A DNA stretch of 49,756 bases, the filler included, from Sphacelaria rigidula (taxonomy: Eukaryota): NCBI GenBank assembly GCA_964200075.2. It is 3 parts of 3 records of this genome, joined end to end, with 100 filler letters (N's around TTAATTAATTAA, not from the genome) between each part and the next. Parts side by side here need not be neighbours in the genome. Positions count along the whole stretch, not along the records: positions 1 to 16,520 come from CAXNAA020001327.1; positions 16,621 to 33,139 come from CAXNAA020001328.1; 1 more part is not named here. One strand, written 5' to 3'. The notes beneath the pieces were generated by a model, which was not told where the DNA came from, made no database searches, and saw only the letters and a list, made by a program, of their open reading frames with translations. Of this stretch, positions 10,274 to 22,700 are shown piece by piece. Position numbers and translations under genes: made by a program. Numbering within the stretch: position 1 is the stretch's first letter; the number at the start of each line of letters is the position of its first letter.

Positions 10274-13020
10274 CTTTTATCGAATCCAAACAAAAACGAA
10301 TGCAACATATGAGCGCACGCCCCGATTAACAGCACTCCAATGAATGGACTATGGACGTCTCGAACGGGTTTTGAAACGGAAATTTCCTGGCCCATATTTT
10401 GTGTACTCCTATTTGTAGGAGCCTCAAAATGAGAAGGATCTAGGCACGAATGTGCACCCCCCACCAACCCCTACCGCGGCATGGCTCGTGGATCGTTCGT
10501 TTTGATCGTCTCTTCAGAGGCAAACGGCATATCCGTACAGACCAAGCGCTGCACTACCGAGCGCGTGCAAAAACAAGATGTGCTATAAGCTACCCCTCTC
10601 ACTTGCAGCATTGATCTCACGCATAACAATACATGAACCAGACACCATCTCACATCTACACATCAACATTCACGGCATTCTACAATATGCTGCGGTACGA
10701 AACAGCGGCAAGGAGGGGGGAAGGTTATGCAGGCAATTGTGCATCTAATTTGCGTCTTCAGCAATAGTCCCGCTGTACTTACATTTTTGTATAGCGGTAG
10801 CAGTCGAAAGGTTGCAGTTTGCCTGTTTGACAATATGTTTTCCCCGGGCATGCATATCGAGCGGAATACAGATACTTACCGGAAACCTACGGTTAAGAGC
10901 TTTCAACTGTACCAACTTGAATCGGAATGTTCACCGTAGGTAGCTCGTGGTGACATGGTGACAGTCGCTGCAGAGGGTACTTCACAGGACGAAACACTAC
11001 ATATCTCGACGACACGCCGAACCTGGCTAAAATTCTAGGCGTGTTGAATTGACTCATATCTCGGATAATAGTAGACAGGGGGTCTTAGTCGGGCATGTCT
11101 AATCGACGACCTGAGAAAGCTCTGGATTGAACCTGGCAAGTGGTGAGGTATGGTAAGGTGTTGTGTGCGAATCAACTGGGTTCCCGAAATCGTTCAACGG
11201 GTGCAGTTTAGTATCTCCATGATCAAGGCAGTAAGCTTGCCTATCCAACGACTTCATGCTGCTTATTAGCCGGCTGCCTTTGTAATCTGGTGCTCTGGCG
11301 TCATACAACGTACGGTGTGCCGCTGGCGTCGTGCATGCTGTAGTCTTACCAGAGGCCGGGAAACTGCTGCCTACGCTGTACATCGTGACGCATTTCCTCA
11401 ATACATTACGCAAGTATCAAATGTAGTGGAATTGATCTATTTGCTGCGGGTAGCAGTCATACTCTGACTTCCTCGACCGTCTCCCCCACGAGACAGCAAG
11501 TTGGTATCTAGTTAATTTTGTTCTCTCGTACAGTAGTATCTATAGCTTATCCTGCAAGCGTTCCTCCCTAAGCGAGGGTGCCCATAAACTTGAAAAATAG
11601 CACCATTGCCCCTGAAGCCATAATTTGATGGTCTTCGGGGGTGGTATACGGTGAACATGATGCGCCCCCTCCGCGTAGGATCATGATCCAGCATGCGTAT
11701 GTCGATATTCTACCTGAAATAGTATGGAATTTAAACTAAGGGCACTACATTAAATTAACTTTGATTGGCCGTACTTGGCACAAGTAATTCACTGTTTGTA
11801 GTTAGTTGCCCTATAGTTGAGCCAAGTAATTAGGAATTTGCGGTCTAAAGTCAAGTAGCTTTCGCTATAGTATAAGGTTTAGGCTGAGCACACTACATTC
11901 AAGCTAGTATGAGTGGCTTCGCTTCATACAAACAAGTAGGTGGCCCATACTCGGTCGAGTTTGGTTTCTGCATGGTATCCTGGTTCCGGGGGCAGAGAGA
12001 CGACGACATTTCTGGGCGAATGAAAAGTGATTTGCTCCTGCATGCAGTGGTATTAGGAATTTTGGTCTAGTCGCCCTGGAGAAGGCAGCCTCAGTACACG
12101 TTTGCCCTGATATGTTCTCACGACAAGAGGCTCAAGCCGTGTGTGCCTGCAATGCCCAGCTGGATACAGCAAATCAATACAGATCCAATCACAGTCGTAG
12201 CAATTGAATCCAGATGTTCACAGAAACCAATTAGATTGTCTCCTCGTAGTCTACAATACGAACCAGAGCCAGTAGTTTCCCAACGACCATACAGCTCACT
12301 GGTAAGGACTCACTTGGAACTCAGAGCAACGGCGGCAAAGCTGGTGATGTCCTGGGCCCAAATAGAGTGAGTGATCATGGGAGGCACTCACTCCGACATA
12401 TACCTACCCTACACCCTGAATTATATCCCTGTCCAGTCATGATACAGGACCGAAAAGCAGAGGACGGGAATCCTCCATCTTCCAACGAACGTTCCGGCAA
12501 CACTATCTGTTGTGCACATGAACATTGGATGTGCAGACAACAACCATACTGTATCTCTCATCGACTTTTCAGAACATCAAATTGGATCTTCCAACAAGCT
12601 GACATCTCTCAAGCCAATCAAGATTCATATCCAAACGTTCATTTACTCCGAGATCTGTATGTCCAGAACGCTGCTGTACCTTATCGACGCTAGTCCCTTC
12701 AAATACCATAACAGTGGTTTGTAGGGGGACTCTACAGTAGAGTACGCAGTATCGCTGAACAAGCATGTGGAATGCACTAAGTCGTGCTTGAGTGCAATGC
12801 TGGCAAGTAAGTGTCTTGGGTGCTTGCTGCGCACTGAATTTGTGGCATCTCTCCGGCACTTGGTATCAAAATTATTATTGCCAAGCAAAGAAAGCAGAGG
12901 GTGCGTCGTGCTTCTTGCAGATGTACACAACACACAACAAACGGGAGAAGAGCATCAATTGAGACACTGCAACTGTACCTTTTAACAATTTCTTGTGCCC
13001 AAACGTTGAAATTTTTCAAG

Positions 13021-16000
13021 GGTCGGACGAATAATGATGTGCCTGAAGATGTGTTGCTTTCAATGTCACTAGCTCGTACCGTACGAATCAGTCCCTGGGC
13101 TTCGTGTTCAACGTTGCATCCCAGGTACGTGCACCCCAGGCACGTGGAATAGAACAAAAATGCGCAGATGCGTTTTGACCCGGCGTCAACGTTCTTCGCT
13201 CTTTCGAGCACCCAGACCCCAGAGATCGTATATTTGGTGATTCGAATCAGTGATGATTCATCCGACCCTCGAGATTTTTCACACGTTGGACAAAACAGGT
13301 CCCTGTAGCTCGAGATTGCTCTTTTTCAGCGTACCTCCCTACTGAGCTAAGGGAGCTACACGAGCTACGCATGTTTGCCATGGGTGAGCTATAAAAGCTA
13401 CATGTACTACGCATGTTTGTCCCAGGTGAGCTACCAACCCGTAGCTCACCAGCGCATATTCGTCCTGGGTGGGCTGTGAGAGCTATATGAGCCACGCATT
13501 CTTGGCCTAGGCGAGCTACCAACCGGTAGCTCACCAGCGCATATTTGCCCTGGGTAAGCTATTAGAGCTACATGAGCTACGCATGCTTGCCCTGGGTGAG
13601 CTACCAACCCGTAGCTCATCAGCGTATGTTTACCCTGGTTGAGCTACGAGAGCTACATGAGCCGCACATGTTCGTCCTACGTGCGCTGGCAACCCGTAGC
13701 TCATCCGCGCATATTTACCCCGGGTGATCTATTCGAGCAACATGAGCTACGCATGTCGCCTACCAATCCGTAGCTCACCAGCGCATAGTCGCCCTGTGTG
13801 AGCTATTCGAGCAACATGAGGTGCGCATATATACCTGGATGAGCTACCAACCTGTAGCTCCTCAGCGCATATTCACCCTAGGTGAGCTATGAGAGCTACA
13901 TGAGCCACGCATGTTCGCCTGGAGGAGCTACCAACCCGTAGCTCCTCAGTGCGAGTTCACCCTGGGTGAACTATGAGAGCTACATGAGCTGCGCATGTTT
14001 GCCCTGTGTGAGCTAGCTTCCAACCCGTAGCTCGTCGACACATATTCGCTCTGGGCGAGCTATGAGAGCTACCTGAGCTACGCATCGTCGTCCTGGGTGA
14101 TCTACAAACCCGCAGCTCATTTAGCGCAAGTTTACTCTGGGTAAGCGAGTTCACGAGCTGTCCGACGTGTGGAATTGTTTACACATTAGATCATCTACTA
14201 GTCTTCTCGATTACTGTTCTTGATTTACCAATCATCACAGGGCGTTGCCTCACGTTGAGATATAGGTATAAGATGAATACCAGTTGCCAGGGAACATTGT
14301 GGGGACATTGCAAGAGCTCCGACAGTTCTTGACACTCTTGTCAGTATTTTTGCCCGTGACCGCTTCGTGACTCCGTTGTTTTAAAAGCAAGACTGGGGCA
14401 TACAGTTGTCGGTTGTCTGCTGTACGGGCGGTAGTACTGTACAGTGAGGACAGAGTCATCTACGTTTATGCTGAATTGGCGAGTACATTCGCTTTGAATG
14501 TGTAGATATGTGTACTGGATGCAACGCCCACCCCAGTCAGTCGATGCAGACTGTGAGCGTGACGTACTGTTTGACAATGTTGTGCTGTATACACCGCACG
14601 ATACTGCTGCTGCTCTGAGTTTGGGCGGTCAGGTGCTTGTGTTCATATTGCACTGGTGAGCTACGCATGTTCACCCTAGGTGAGCTACTGTACTGTATAC
14701 GAGCTACGTGAGCTGCGCATGCTTGCCTTGGGGGAGCTATCGAGTATAGCTCATCAAAGCATGTTTGTTCTGGATGAGCTATGAGGGTTACACGAGCTAC
14801 GCGTGTTTCCCCTGGGTGAGCTACAGCACCAGCCCGTGACTCATCAGTACATATTCGCCTCAAGTGAGCTATGAGAGCTATATGAGCTACGCGTGTTTGC
14901 CTTGGGTGAGCTACCACCCCGCAGCTCATCAGCGCATATCCACCCAAGGTGAGCTACCAGCCCATAGCTCATCAGCACAAATTCGCCACAGGTGAGCCAC
15001 CAACCCGTAGCTCACCAGTGCATGTTTACCCTGGGTGAGCTATTGGCCGTATCTCATATGTACATGTTCGACTACAAGTCAACTACAGCCCGCAGATGAG
15101 CTAGCTCACTCGCCCCCAGCCTTGTTACCTGCCAGACTGTTATATTTTTCATCCGACTTTTAGACGCAGTCGCCACGCGATTTCTCATTTGGCAATCTTC
15201 TGTCGTGTGACAGGAGATGAGCCCGCTACCTTTGATCAACGTTTTCTAGTCCCAAATACTTGTACTCTAACGCGTGAGTTCGAAAGCCCACATGTATTAG
15301 TTTCTAACCGAGGTATGGGACCGGACTGTGTCCTCGATAATCGCAATCGTCCGAAAATATCAAAGGAAAAGGGACCCCGCCACAGTGGGTCGACCTCGTT
15401 CAGTATCACATGTCCAAGTATCTGTACTGACTGCGCGGCATGCATGGTGCTCCAGTGTGCTGTCAACACGAAGAGAGAACAACACGCTATACAATGGTGC
15501 TGCAGTGCACTGTTAACATGATGAGAGAACAACACGCTATACAATATCATCATGTCTCACATGGCAGATTCGCCACACCCAGCAAGATCAGCGCTTTAGC
15601 AGTTGGAAGCATCCTTCACCCTGATGTTCCTTTTCACGGTGGTCCGCAGGGCGCAGGCAAGATGTTTTTGTTGTACTCACATGAGTCGGCCAAACGATCG
15701 AAGTACCCAGACTGAAAACCTAGCAGCATAGTCAGCAATGCATCGAGCTCGCACTACCTCTCTAACAGCACGCATGCCCTGCTGAAGGTACCCTCATGGT
15801 AAGATCCACACAGACTGCAGCATGATCAGAGAGCCCAATGCGCATGGAATATGACCCAATGTACACGACATGGGAAAGATATAGCACCTGACATACATGG
15901 GCTATGACTCTTATCCGCTGATATGAGAGTCTGAACTCAAAGATCTTGAGTTGTTCTATACGTGTATACAATTTTTGAACAACTTTGGTACCGGTGGTAC

Positions 16001-16137
16001 ATGCAAGAAAGTGCGGATTTTGAAGTACGAGTCAATTTTTCGATGTGCTTCCGCCATCTTGCTGCAGTGGTTGTACTCGCTTCTTCACTGCAGGCCGTCG
16101 GTTCGCAATATGCTGACCTTGAAGTTGTTCTAACCAG
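13021..16137 (+). CDS. Putative internal exons of an uncharacterised gene transcribed divergently from the PDI-like gene; runs off the contig end
   Basis: Three exons join in phase without stops: 13021-13124, 15568-15656 (needs a GC donor) and 16068-16137. They give GRTNNDVPEDVLLSMSLARTVRISPWASCSTLHPRFATPSKISALAVGSILHPDVPFHGGPQGAVVVLASSLQAVGSQYADLEVVLT. Further coding-like segments lie near 11295-11412 and 12140-12301. No family was recognised. Confidence 0.35.
13340..14150. repeat. Tandem array, ~85-bp unit (dimer of ~42-bp monomers), about 9 copies, each with a GGTGAGCTAC-CAACCC-GTAGCTCACC hairpin
   Basis: Hairpins start at about 13425, 13510, 13595, 13680, 13754, 13838, 13922, 14007 and 14096. 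Confidence 0.9.
14655..15110. repeat. Second block of the same GAGCTAC/GTAGCTC hairpin tandem repeat, same orientation
   Basis: For example CTTGGGTGAGCTACCACCCCGCAGCTCATCAGCGCATAT at ~14901 and GGTGAGCCACCAACCCGTAGCTCACCAG at ~14991. Confidence 0.85.
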
Positions 16138-16402
16138 GTGAGCGTGAGTTAACAGCGCACCATGTCTGTACAATAATTGTTCAACAAGGTGAGCGTAACA
16201 GATGGGCAACGTAGCGCCGTGTCATGCGCGCAAGACGTGCTCCCCCGCTGTAAGTCCGAACCCCTCTTTCAACAACTACTGTAATGATGCGCCACGCAGG
16301 GGCACCACTGGTCTCGGGGTGCAACTGAGCTGCGAAGCCAGAGGAAAGGGTGCTGTGGTCGAAAGGTGGGCTCTGTTTGTGTGTTAATGTGTGTTATTAT
16401 CC

Positions 16403-16451
16403 CAAGGTTATGACATAAAGCAGCTTTATGTCACAACCTGTCCCAACCTTG
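16403..16451. repeat. Short palindromic element bounded by CAAGGTT...AACCTTG
   Basis: GGTTATGACATAAAGC-A-GCTTTATGTCACAACC is a near-perfect inverted repeat. Its termini resemble those of the CAAGG MITEs. Confidence 0.55.
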
Positions 16452-16520
16452 GTCGCTATCCCATCTACTGTACAGTACCGGCCCGCTGGTAAGAAACTGA
16501 AAAATCGGCCTGAGGCTGGG

Positions 16521-16620
16521 NNNNNNNNNNNNNNNNNNNNNNNNNNNNNNNNNNNNNNNNNNNNTTAATTAATTAANNNNNNNNNNNNNNNNNNNNNNNN
16601 NNNNNNNNNNNNNNNNNNNN
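16521..16620. other. Artificial contig spacer (N44-TTAATTAATTAA-N44)
   Basis: Exactly 100 bp with a six-frame-stop linker flanked by Ns. An identical spacer is at 33140-33239. Confidence 0.97.
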
Positions 16621-18035
16621 CTACTCTCCTTGAGACTCCCGTTTCAGTACACGTAGTCGGCTGGTCTCTTTTTCGGTCCTGTGCCAAGATGTCATGAACC
16701 TCTCCGCTCCCTGTAATACCCCCGCGTTCCATGGGATCCTCACTTCTTTCTTTGCTGCAGAAGGCCAGAGTGCACTGTCAACTCCGAACGTCAATCGCTT
16801 TTCGTCCGTGCAGCCGTTCGTGGCTCCGAAGGCTTGGAAATTTTGCCGCAGGCACTTCAACCGGTTTTGCTCGGGGCACCCCGGTCCTGGATCCTCCCCT
16901 CACGCTAGTGTTCCGAATGCCANNNNNNNNNNCGGTAGTCGTCCGTCCTGTTGTCAAGCTAGAGCTCCAGCGAACAGCAGTCTCCGTTGCCGAACGATGG
17001 CTTCAGCACTTTGGCAGCCGGTCTTCTTCTGGGCCTGGGCGTACGATAACTGCCTGTATGTGCCACGCACTCGGTGGTACCCGATAACCCGCAACAGGAG
17101 TCGGTGGTGTACCGTTCTCAGTAACCGGTAGTGTTCGCGGCGTGGGGCCCACGTCATGCATCCGTACAGTAGGGCCTCCATCGCCTCTGCCTTTAGTAGG
17201 CGCACGTTGATTTTCCACGGTGCTTTCGGTCGGTCGAAGAGTTCTCGGGAGAATCTTCTGATGCATGCCCACGCGGCTTTGCCCCGGTTGTTATCTCTTG
17301 TGTGAGCTCGCCATGACTAGCCCGCCCCAGTACCGGAACTGCGTGGTTTGTGGGTATGTCTGGCCTACTGCTTCGATGACCAGTGGGGGTGGGGGTGGTG
17401 CTGGTGGTTCCCCTTTCTGTGGTGGTTTCGCGGGCTCCATTAGAAGCGTCTCTGTCTTCCTTTCCGAGACCGTCGGTCCGAGGGCCCTCAACACTTGCAC
17501 TCTAATTCATCATTGTCATCAGGCCGTTGGGTGACCTCGATACGACGGCCGTGTCATCGGCGTGAAGCATCCCCCATACCACCCGCCGTGCGCGTTGTAG
17601 TGGTGTCTCCGTCTCCCTCACCGTTTCCTCGTCGAGATATACCATGTCCTCGGGGATTATGTCGTTCTCGCTGAATCGCACGAGAACTACCTCGAGCGCC
17701 GCAGCGAAAAATATATTGAACAGCGGGGACAGCACACAGCCTTGCCATAGGCCTTGAGTAACTTCGAACCACTGAGAATTCCCTCTTGTCCATGCGTACG
17801 CGGGCCTTCATGCCATCGGGGAATTGGTGGATCACTGCTATCATCTCATCCGGAATCCCAGCTCGGGCAAGCAGCTGCCGTAGGAGCTCTCTGTTTACCG
17901 AATCGTGGGCCTTGGAGATCGACGAAGCACATGCACAGGGGTATTCTCCATCGTTGTCCCAGCTCTTGGAGTCGCCGCACTACGAACAGCATGTCGACGG
18001 TGGATCGATCTGGTCTAGACCATGGCTGCTGCTAT
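16621..18035 (-). mobile_element. 5'-truncated, frameshifted LINE (RTE-like) reverse transcriptase region
   Basis: Minus-strand RT motifs: RSTVDMLFVVRRLQELG, MCFVDLQ, QGCVLSPLFNIFF, WGMLHADDTAVVSRS (YADD position), QFRYWGG, RLLKAEAMEALLYGCMTW, IVRQRRLLFAGALA. It has several frameshifts and an internal 10-N gap at 16923-16932. Confidence 0.92.
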
Positions 18036-19280
18036 TAGTCCGTGAAGTGCGGTACACAGACGATGTTCAAAACCACTCTCTACACGTACGTTCCTGCGCT
18101 TGATCTGCTTGATCCGTCCGACGTACGCTCAGGCGACTTCCATGTGGGACCTCGCCCACTGCAATTCGAGAGGTGACGGGTACTTGCTGTTGTGACGCGA
18201 AGTTGCTTTGCACAGCAACAGAGCATATCAACGTACACAGGCAGTGGTGACAGCACATTTTTTTCCGACTGTCGTTGGTGTACAGAGGCGAAGAAACAAA
18301 TATCCCGCCTGTCCAGTCTCATGATTTCCCGTCATCTTGTCATTAATGGACACAGGCGGTAGTAACAGCAAACGTCGTGGCTGTCTCTGGTGTATGACAG
18401 GCAGTGCATCGAACATTGAAGAGACTGCGCTTGAGGCCCTGGCTTGTGCGCTCGATAGCGTAGACACAACACAGCCGATTTTGATCAGAGCAAACTAAAT
18501 GGTTCGTGATACTTGATGTTGGGAGGATGAATTGCCCCTTGTACACGAGCGCATACGAGAAATCAGCACCACATGGCGGGACGGAAGATACACACACATA
18601 CTTGACACATTCCCTTCAAAACAAAGCTTGTCCCATGTTGCATTGTTCACACATTGTTATTAGTATTCACAGTTACTTGAGGATGAAAAACATCATTGAT
18701 GTCTCCCGACTGTGACAGGACCGAAGGACCGCATTAAAAATTGGGAGCACCGGCTTGAGTTATGCGTTGGAGCTTTAACACTCTGGCATGTAAAGTTTCC
18801 TGATGTGTATACATGGTATTCGCAGCTACGCTTTGTTCTAAACCTTGCCTCCCCCTACCTGTTTTTTCATTCGCTCTCCAGCATCGTCCCCATTCCATCG
18901 TCCAAAATCTTGGAACTTTTCTTCTACGGTGCTCGGTGGCGAAAGTAATGACCCTCGTTATGGGGATACACTCGATAGCACCCCCCAGAAGAATGACTGC
19001 GTCAAGGTGGCAGAGTCTACATGCAGATCAAAATGGCAACGTCGCCCGTATAGAGCACTTCATGCACTCTCGAACCGGCCACCATGGAATGTGTGATCAT
19101 TTGCCTCGTGACAGTTTTGAGGCCGGTTTGAGGGGAGTGCGCGGTCCTTTGTTCCCTGCATCAGTGGTTTGACAATTGACCACGCATCCCTTCCGAGACG
19201 GTATTACTCTCGAATCGAACACTTACGCCGTAATCTACTTGAGGCAGAGTCAGGAAATCAGTCTCGCACACTTGTTGGTC

Positions 19281-19650
19281 GCCCTGTTGACTCAGTTGGT
19301 AACCTCGAATCCTTCCGGTTGTTGGGTTGTGGGTTCTAGTCCGGTGCTGTCACAGCGTGGAATTTTCACACTATGCCCAACAGGGGGGGACGACCAAGTC
19401 GTCGGGTCAAGGAATTCTACATCACGATCGACGAGGAAAAGGGACTACTGAACCCTCTCGCGATGAGAAGTGAAGCGAGCACCCCTGAAGGAACATGGAG
19501 TACCAACAGCAGAAGAAACTTCCCTGTTTCAGCTCTCCTCCCGTGTGACGATGGGCTGATGCGCCCACATATACCGAAAGGTGTAGGCTAGCGTCCAGAA
19601 TAGGTGGGATGAAACACACACCACGGTAATGTCGTACTCGCACACGACTG
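19281..19650 (+). mobile_element. tRNA-derived SINE-like element (family B) with a 3' hammerhead-like motif
   Basis: A-box-like TTGACTCAGTTGG at 19287-19299 and B-box-like GGTTCTAGTCC at 19332-19342 have tRNA spacing but no acceptor stem. The 3' part has CTGATGCG-CCCAC...GTGGG-AT-GAAAC at 19556-19615. Confidence 0.5.
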
Positions 19651-19784
19651 CCAAGGCTTGAACGTCACTCACACTCGTTGATTTCCAGAGTCGAGTTTCT
19701 TGCGAGGCGTCTTATTCATCACTTTGTCCGCCCTTCCATGTGCAATGTACGAACACATGTCGGCCGTTGCTGCGTTTCGCACAG

Positions 19785-22700
19785 GTGGTGCTGGCCTATT
19801 CTGGAGGTCTTGACACATCGGTCATCCTCAAGTGGCTCTCCGGGCAGGGCTTCGAGGTCATCTGGTACGTACAGCCGAGTACAGCCGTCCTGTCATGAAG
19901 GGTGGGGCAGTAGACATGTAATCCAGTCTTCGTCTCGTGGCGTCATGGAACGAAACTGTTTTGTTCCCAACGCTCCCACCCATACCGAAGTCAATTTCCG
20001 TTTGTCATTCAATCATGAGTGAAGCTGTAGTACCATGCCATATGAAAACACCCGACTTCGTTCGTAATCCACGGATAAAGACATGTATTTTTCTGGTACC
20101 AACGGAAATTGATCACTTCATGCTGTTGAATGTCTGCACATGAACTTAACTAATTGTGACCGCGGTGACTATGAAATTGTATGGATGGGCAAGCTACAAC
20201 TGAGGGGGTAGGCGCATGACATCTCCCCAGGCCGCACACCACGACTTCCTGTCCAAGCTAGTGAGGAACAACACAGCTGAGCGCATCCTTGACTTCAATA
20301 TATTCGTGTCCATACAGCAGACTGTTTTTGTAGTGACAAAATGGTCATCACGGTATGTCCTGATAGTAGTCCATTTGAAGTGGACATGACCGCCGCACCC
20401 CGGTGATGGAGTGATCCGACTGTCACTATCTATCAGGGTTGAGACGATGATATCTACCGTCGAAAGCGTGAGAACGTAAGTAAACGAAATGTACCGACTT
20501 CAGTAGTTTGGCGTGAGTTGACGGGATGCGGGAACGCGGACCCAATTCGCGGGACCAAAATACAAGCTGTGTACCGGGGAGCGAAGAGTTGATCCCTTGA
20601 GACAACGGACTTTTCCCGAGGAAGGGCAAGCGTTCGAAGTGTGATTGAAGAAGGTGGTTGTCTGCCATTATGTGCCACGGTGAGCCGTATCTGGTTCACG
20701 TACGGGTAGCTGATTGTGGTATGTTCTGCACATGGTGGACAACGAATTACATTACATCATCAAGACGTGTATTGCGTACAGTATGGAATCTCTTGTTGAT
20801 ACTCGAGGCAGTATACCTTCCGACAACGTGATCCGTTGTCGATGGTTTGATGCTTTGCGAACTCCGGGCGATGGAAATGCCTAACCTCGACCTTCTCGGG
20901 GAGACTCTTGAAAAAATCCAGCTAACAAAGTCACGAAAAGTTGCTCACTGGGGAAGATTTGGTCGCGATATTTCAGGGAGGGATACGTGACACATTAGAA
21001 TAAACCGGGAGAAACGTAACCTCGGGCCACTTATAACGCTACGTCCGGTTTGATTTTGGATTGGACAAATGCAACGTAACGTGATGTAACGTGTGGACCT
21101 TGAACCTGTCTCTTGGGCGTCCTCATTTCCGTCGTGCCGCTATTGTGCGTCTCATTCTTGTGTCTTTTAATCCCATACTACCCGCGTGCGGCCGACGGGT
21201 GCTGTATCCAGCTACTGCGCGAACGTGGGACAACAAGGAGAAGACTACGATGCCATCACGAAGAAGGCTAAGGACTGTGGGGCCAGCAAGGTGCGTACGT
21301 AGCTCTAGCGCTGTATGAACTGTATTTGTCGCTTGGATTTTCTCATGCGTACATGAGTTTTCTTTCCTCTCCAGGTGTTGTATTTTTTTTTTTCACATCT
21401 GTCGAAGAATTTTTTCAGAAGACGACGTGGATGAATATGACGGAGATCGGCTCATGCCGACCCGGAAAGAGTCACAGGAGACTGACATCTCGACAGTCTC
21501 CAGCGATCCCCTTGGAACATGACCAACCGTCATGACGTGGAACCGAGCGTGTTGTGCTGTTGTAGCACCGTGCATAAATCGGGAGACTTCTTTGTCGTGA
21601 AAAGCACAGGCCGCCCGGGCTCACGTCAGCAGTGTTCAAAAGTTGCACCCCTCCCGAGTATGCCGTTGCACAGCTTGTGAGGATGATGAAAGTAACTCTG
21701 GACACCACTTGGATTCATGTAAGCTCCGTCAGACTCGGCTTCACGCTTGTTCAGCATTCTCGCAGACGTGAGATTCGGACCTTCGCAATTGGCTGTCGTG
21801 GATGCTTCCAGCGTGCGCTGCCCTCATTTTTTTCATCAGGTCGGTTCTTCTCCCCCCTCCTCCGCCTCTCTTCCCTGAGTGTGTCCCCTGCGGGTTTAAT
21901 TGTGGGCACATGGATGCCCGTAGGGTTCAGATCAAGATCGGACAAATCCAGTGCCGTGGTCACTGAATGGGACGTACTCGAGATGAACAAAAAATAGGAA
22001 CCTTCGCCAAGAAAAGTTGAAGAACAATACAATTTGAACAGGCGGTTTCGTGGTGGTTTCACATGGAAACAGAATATGTAGTGTTGATTTTTACAGTTGA
22101 ATTATTGTCCCAGTGTTTTTGACCCGTGAATGAAGTATGTCTATGCATTCTCATCATCCCGCACCTCTGTCGTACTGTGCTGCTACATGCTACACGTTCG
22201 TTCGTCCTCGTGTCCTATTTTGTGCGGGGGTGCGATTGTTCCAGGTTTACATCGAAGACCTGCGTGAAGAATTCGTGACGGACTTCGTGTTCGAAGCTGT
22301 GAAAGCCAATGCCATCTACGAGGGGCGATACCTTTTGGGAACCAGGTGAGGGAAAACCGGGGACAGGAATTGAGGAGTCCGAATCATACGAAACCGTGCT
22401 GGCGTTTTCCCTCGTGCCATTTTTCCATGTTTCAACAGTTGTGTAGGTTAAGCCTATGAGCTTCACATGTCCAGACCCCCGCATCTTGTTGGCAATTGTG
22501 TGTGATTTGTTTCTTCAGTGAAACGAAAAACCAGCTAACCGTTCTGGAGCCGATATTTTGTGTGACTGCCATCGTAATGCCGATTTCTCTTGTTTGGATA
22601 TTCCTCGTGCGGTCGTCAAACCACCCCAGCCTGGCTCGGCCGGTGATCGCGAAGCGTCAGGTGGAGATTGCCCAAAAAGAGGGAGCCAAGTTCGTATCTC

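Noticed and set aside
13340-15110. CRISPR-like array (palindromic repeat at regular spacing)
   Set aside because: The sequence between the hairpins is itself repeated rather than unique, and the context is eukaryotic with no cas genes.
15641-15664. Walker A-like GPQGAGK(M)
   Set aside because: It lacks the S/T after K and an upstream hydrophobic strand, and a likely splice donor falls inside the motif.
16565-16576. TTAATTAATTAA as a biological motif (also 33184-33195)
   Set aside because: It is embedded in fixed-length N runs and is an assembly linker.
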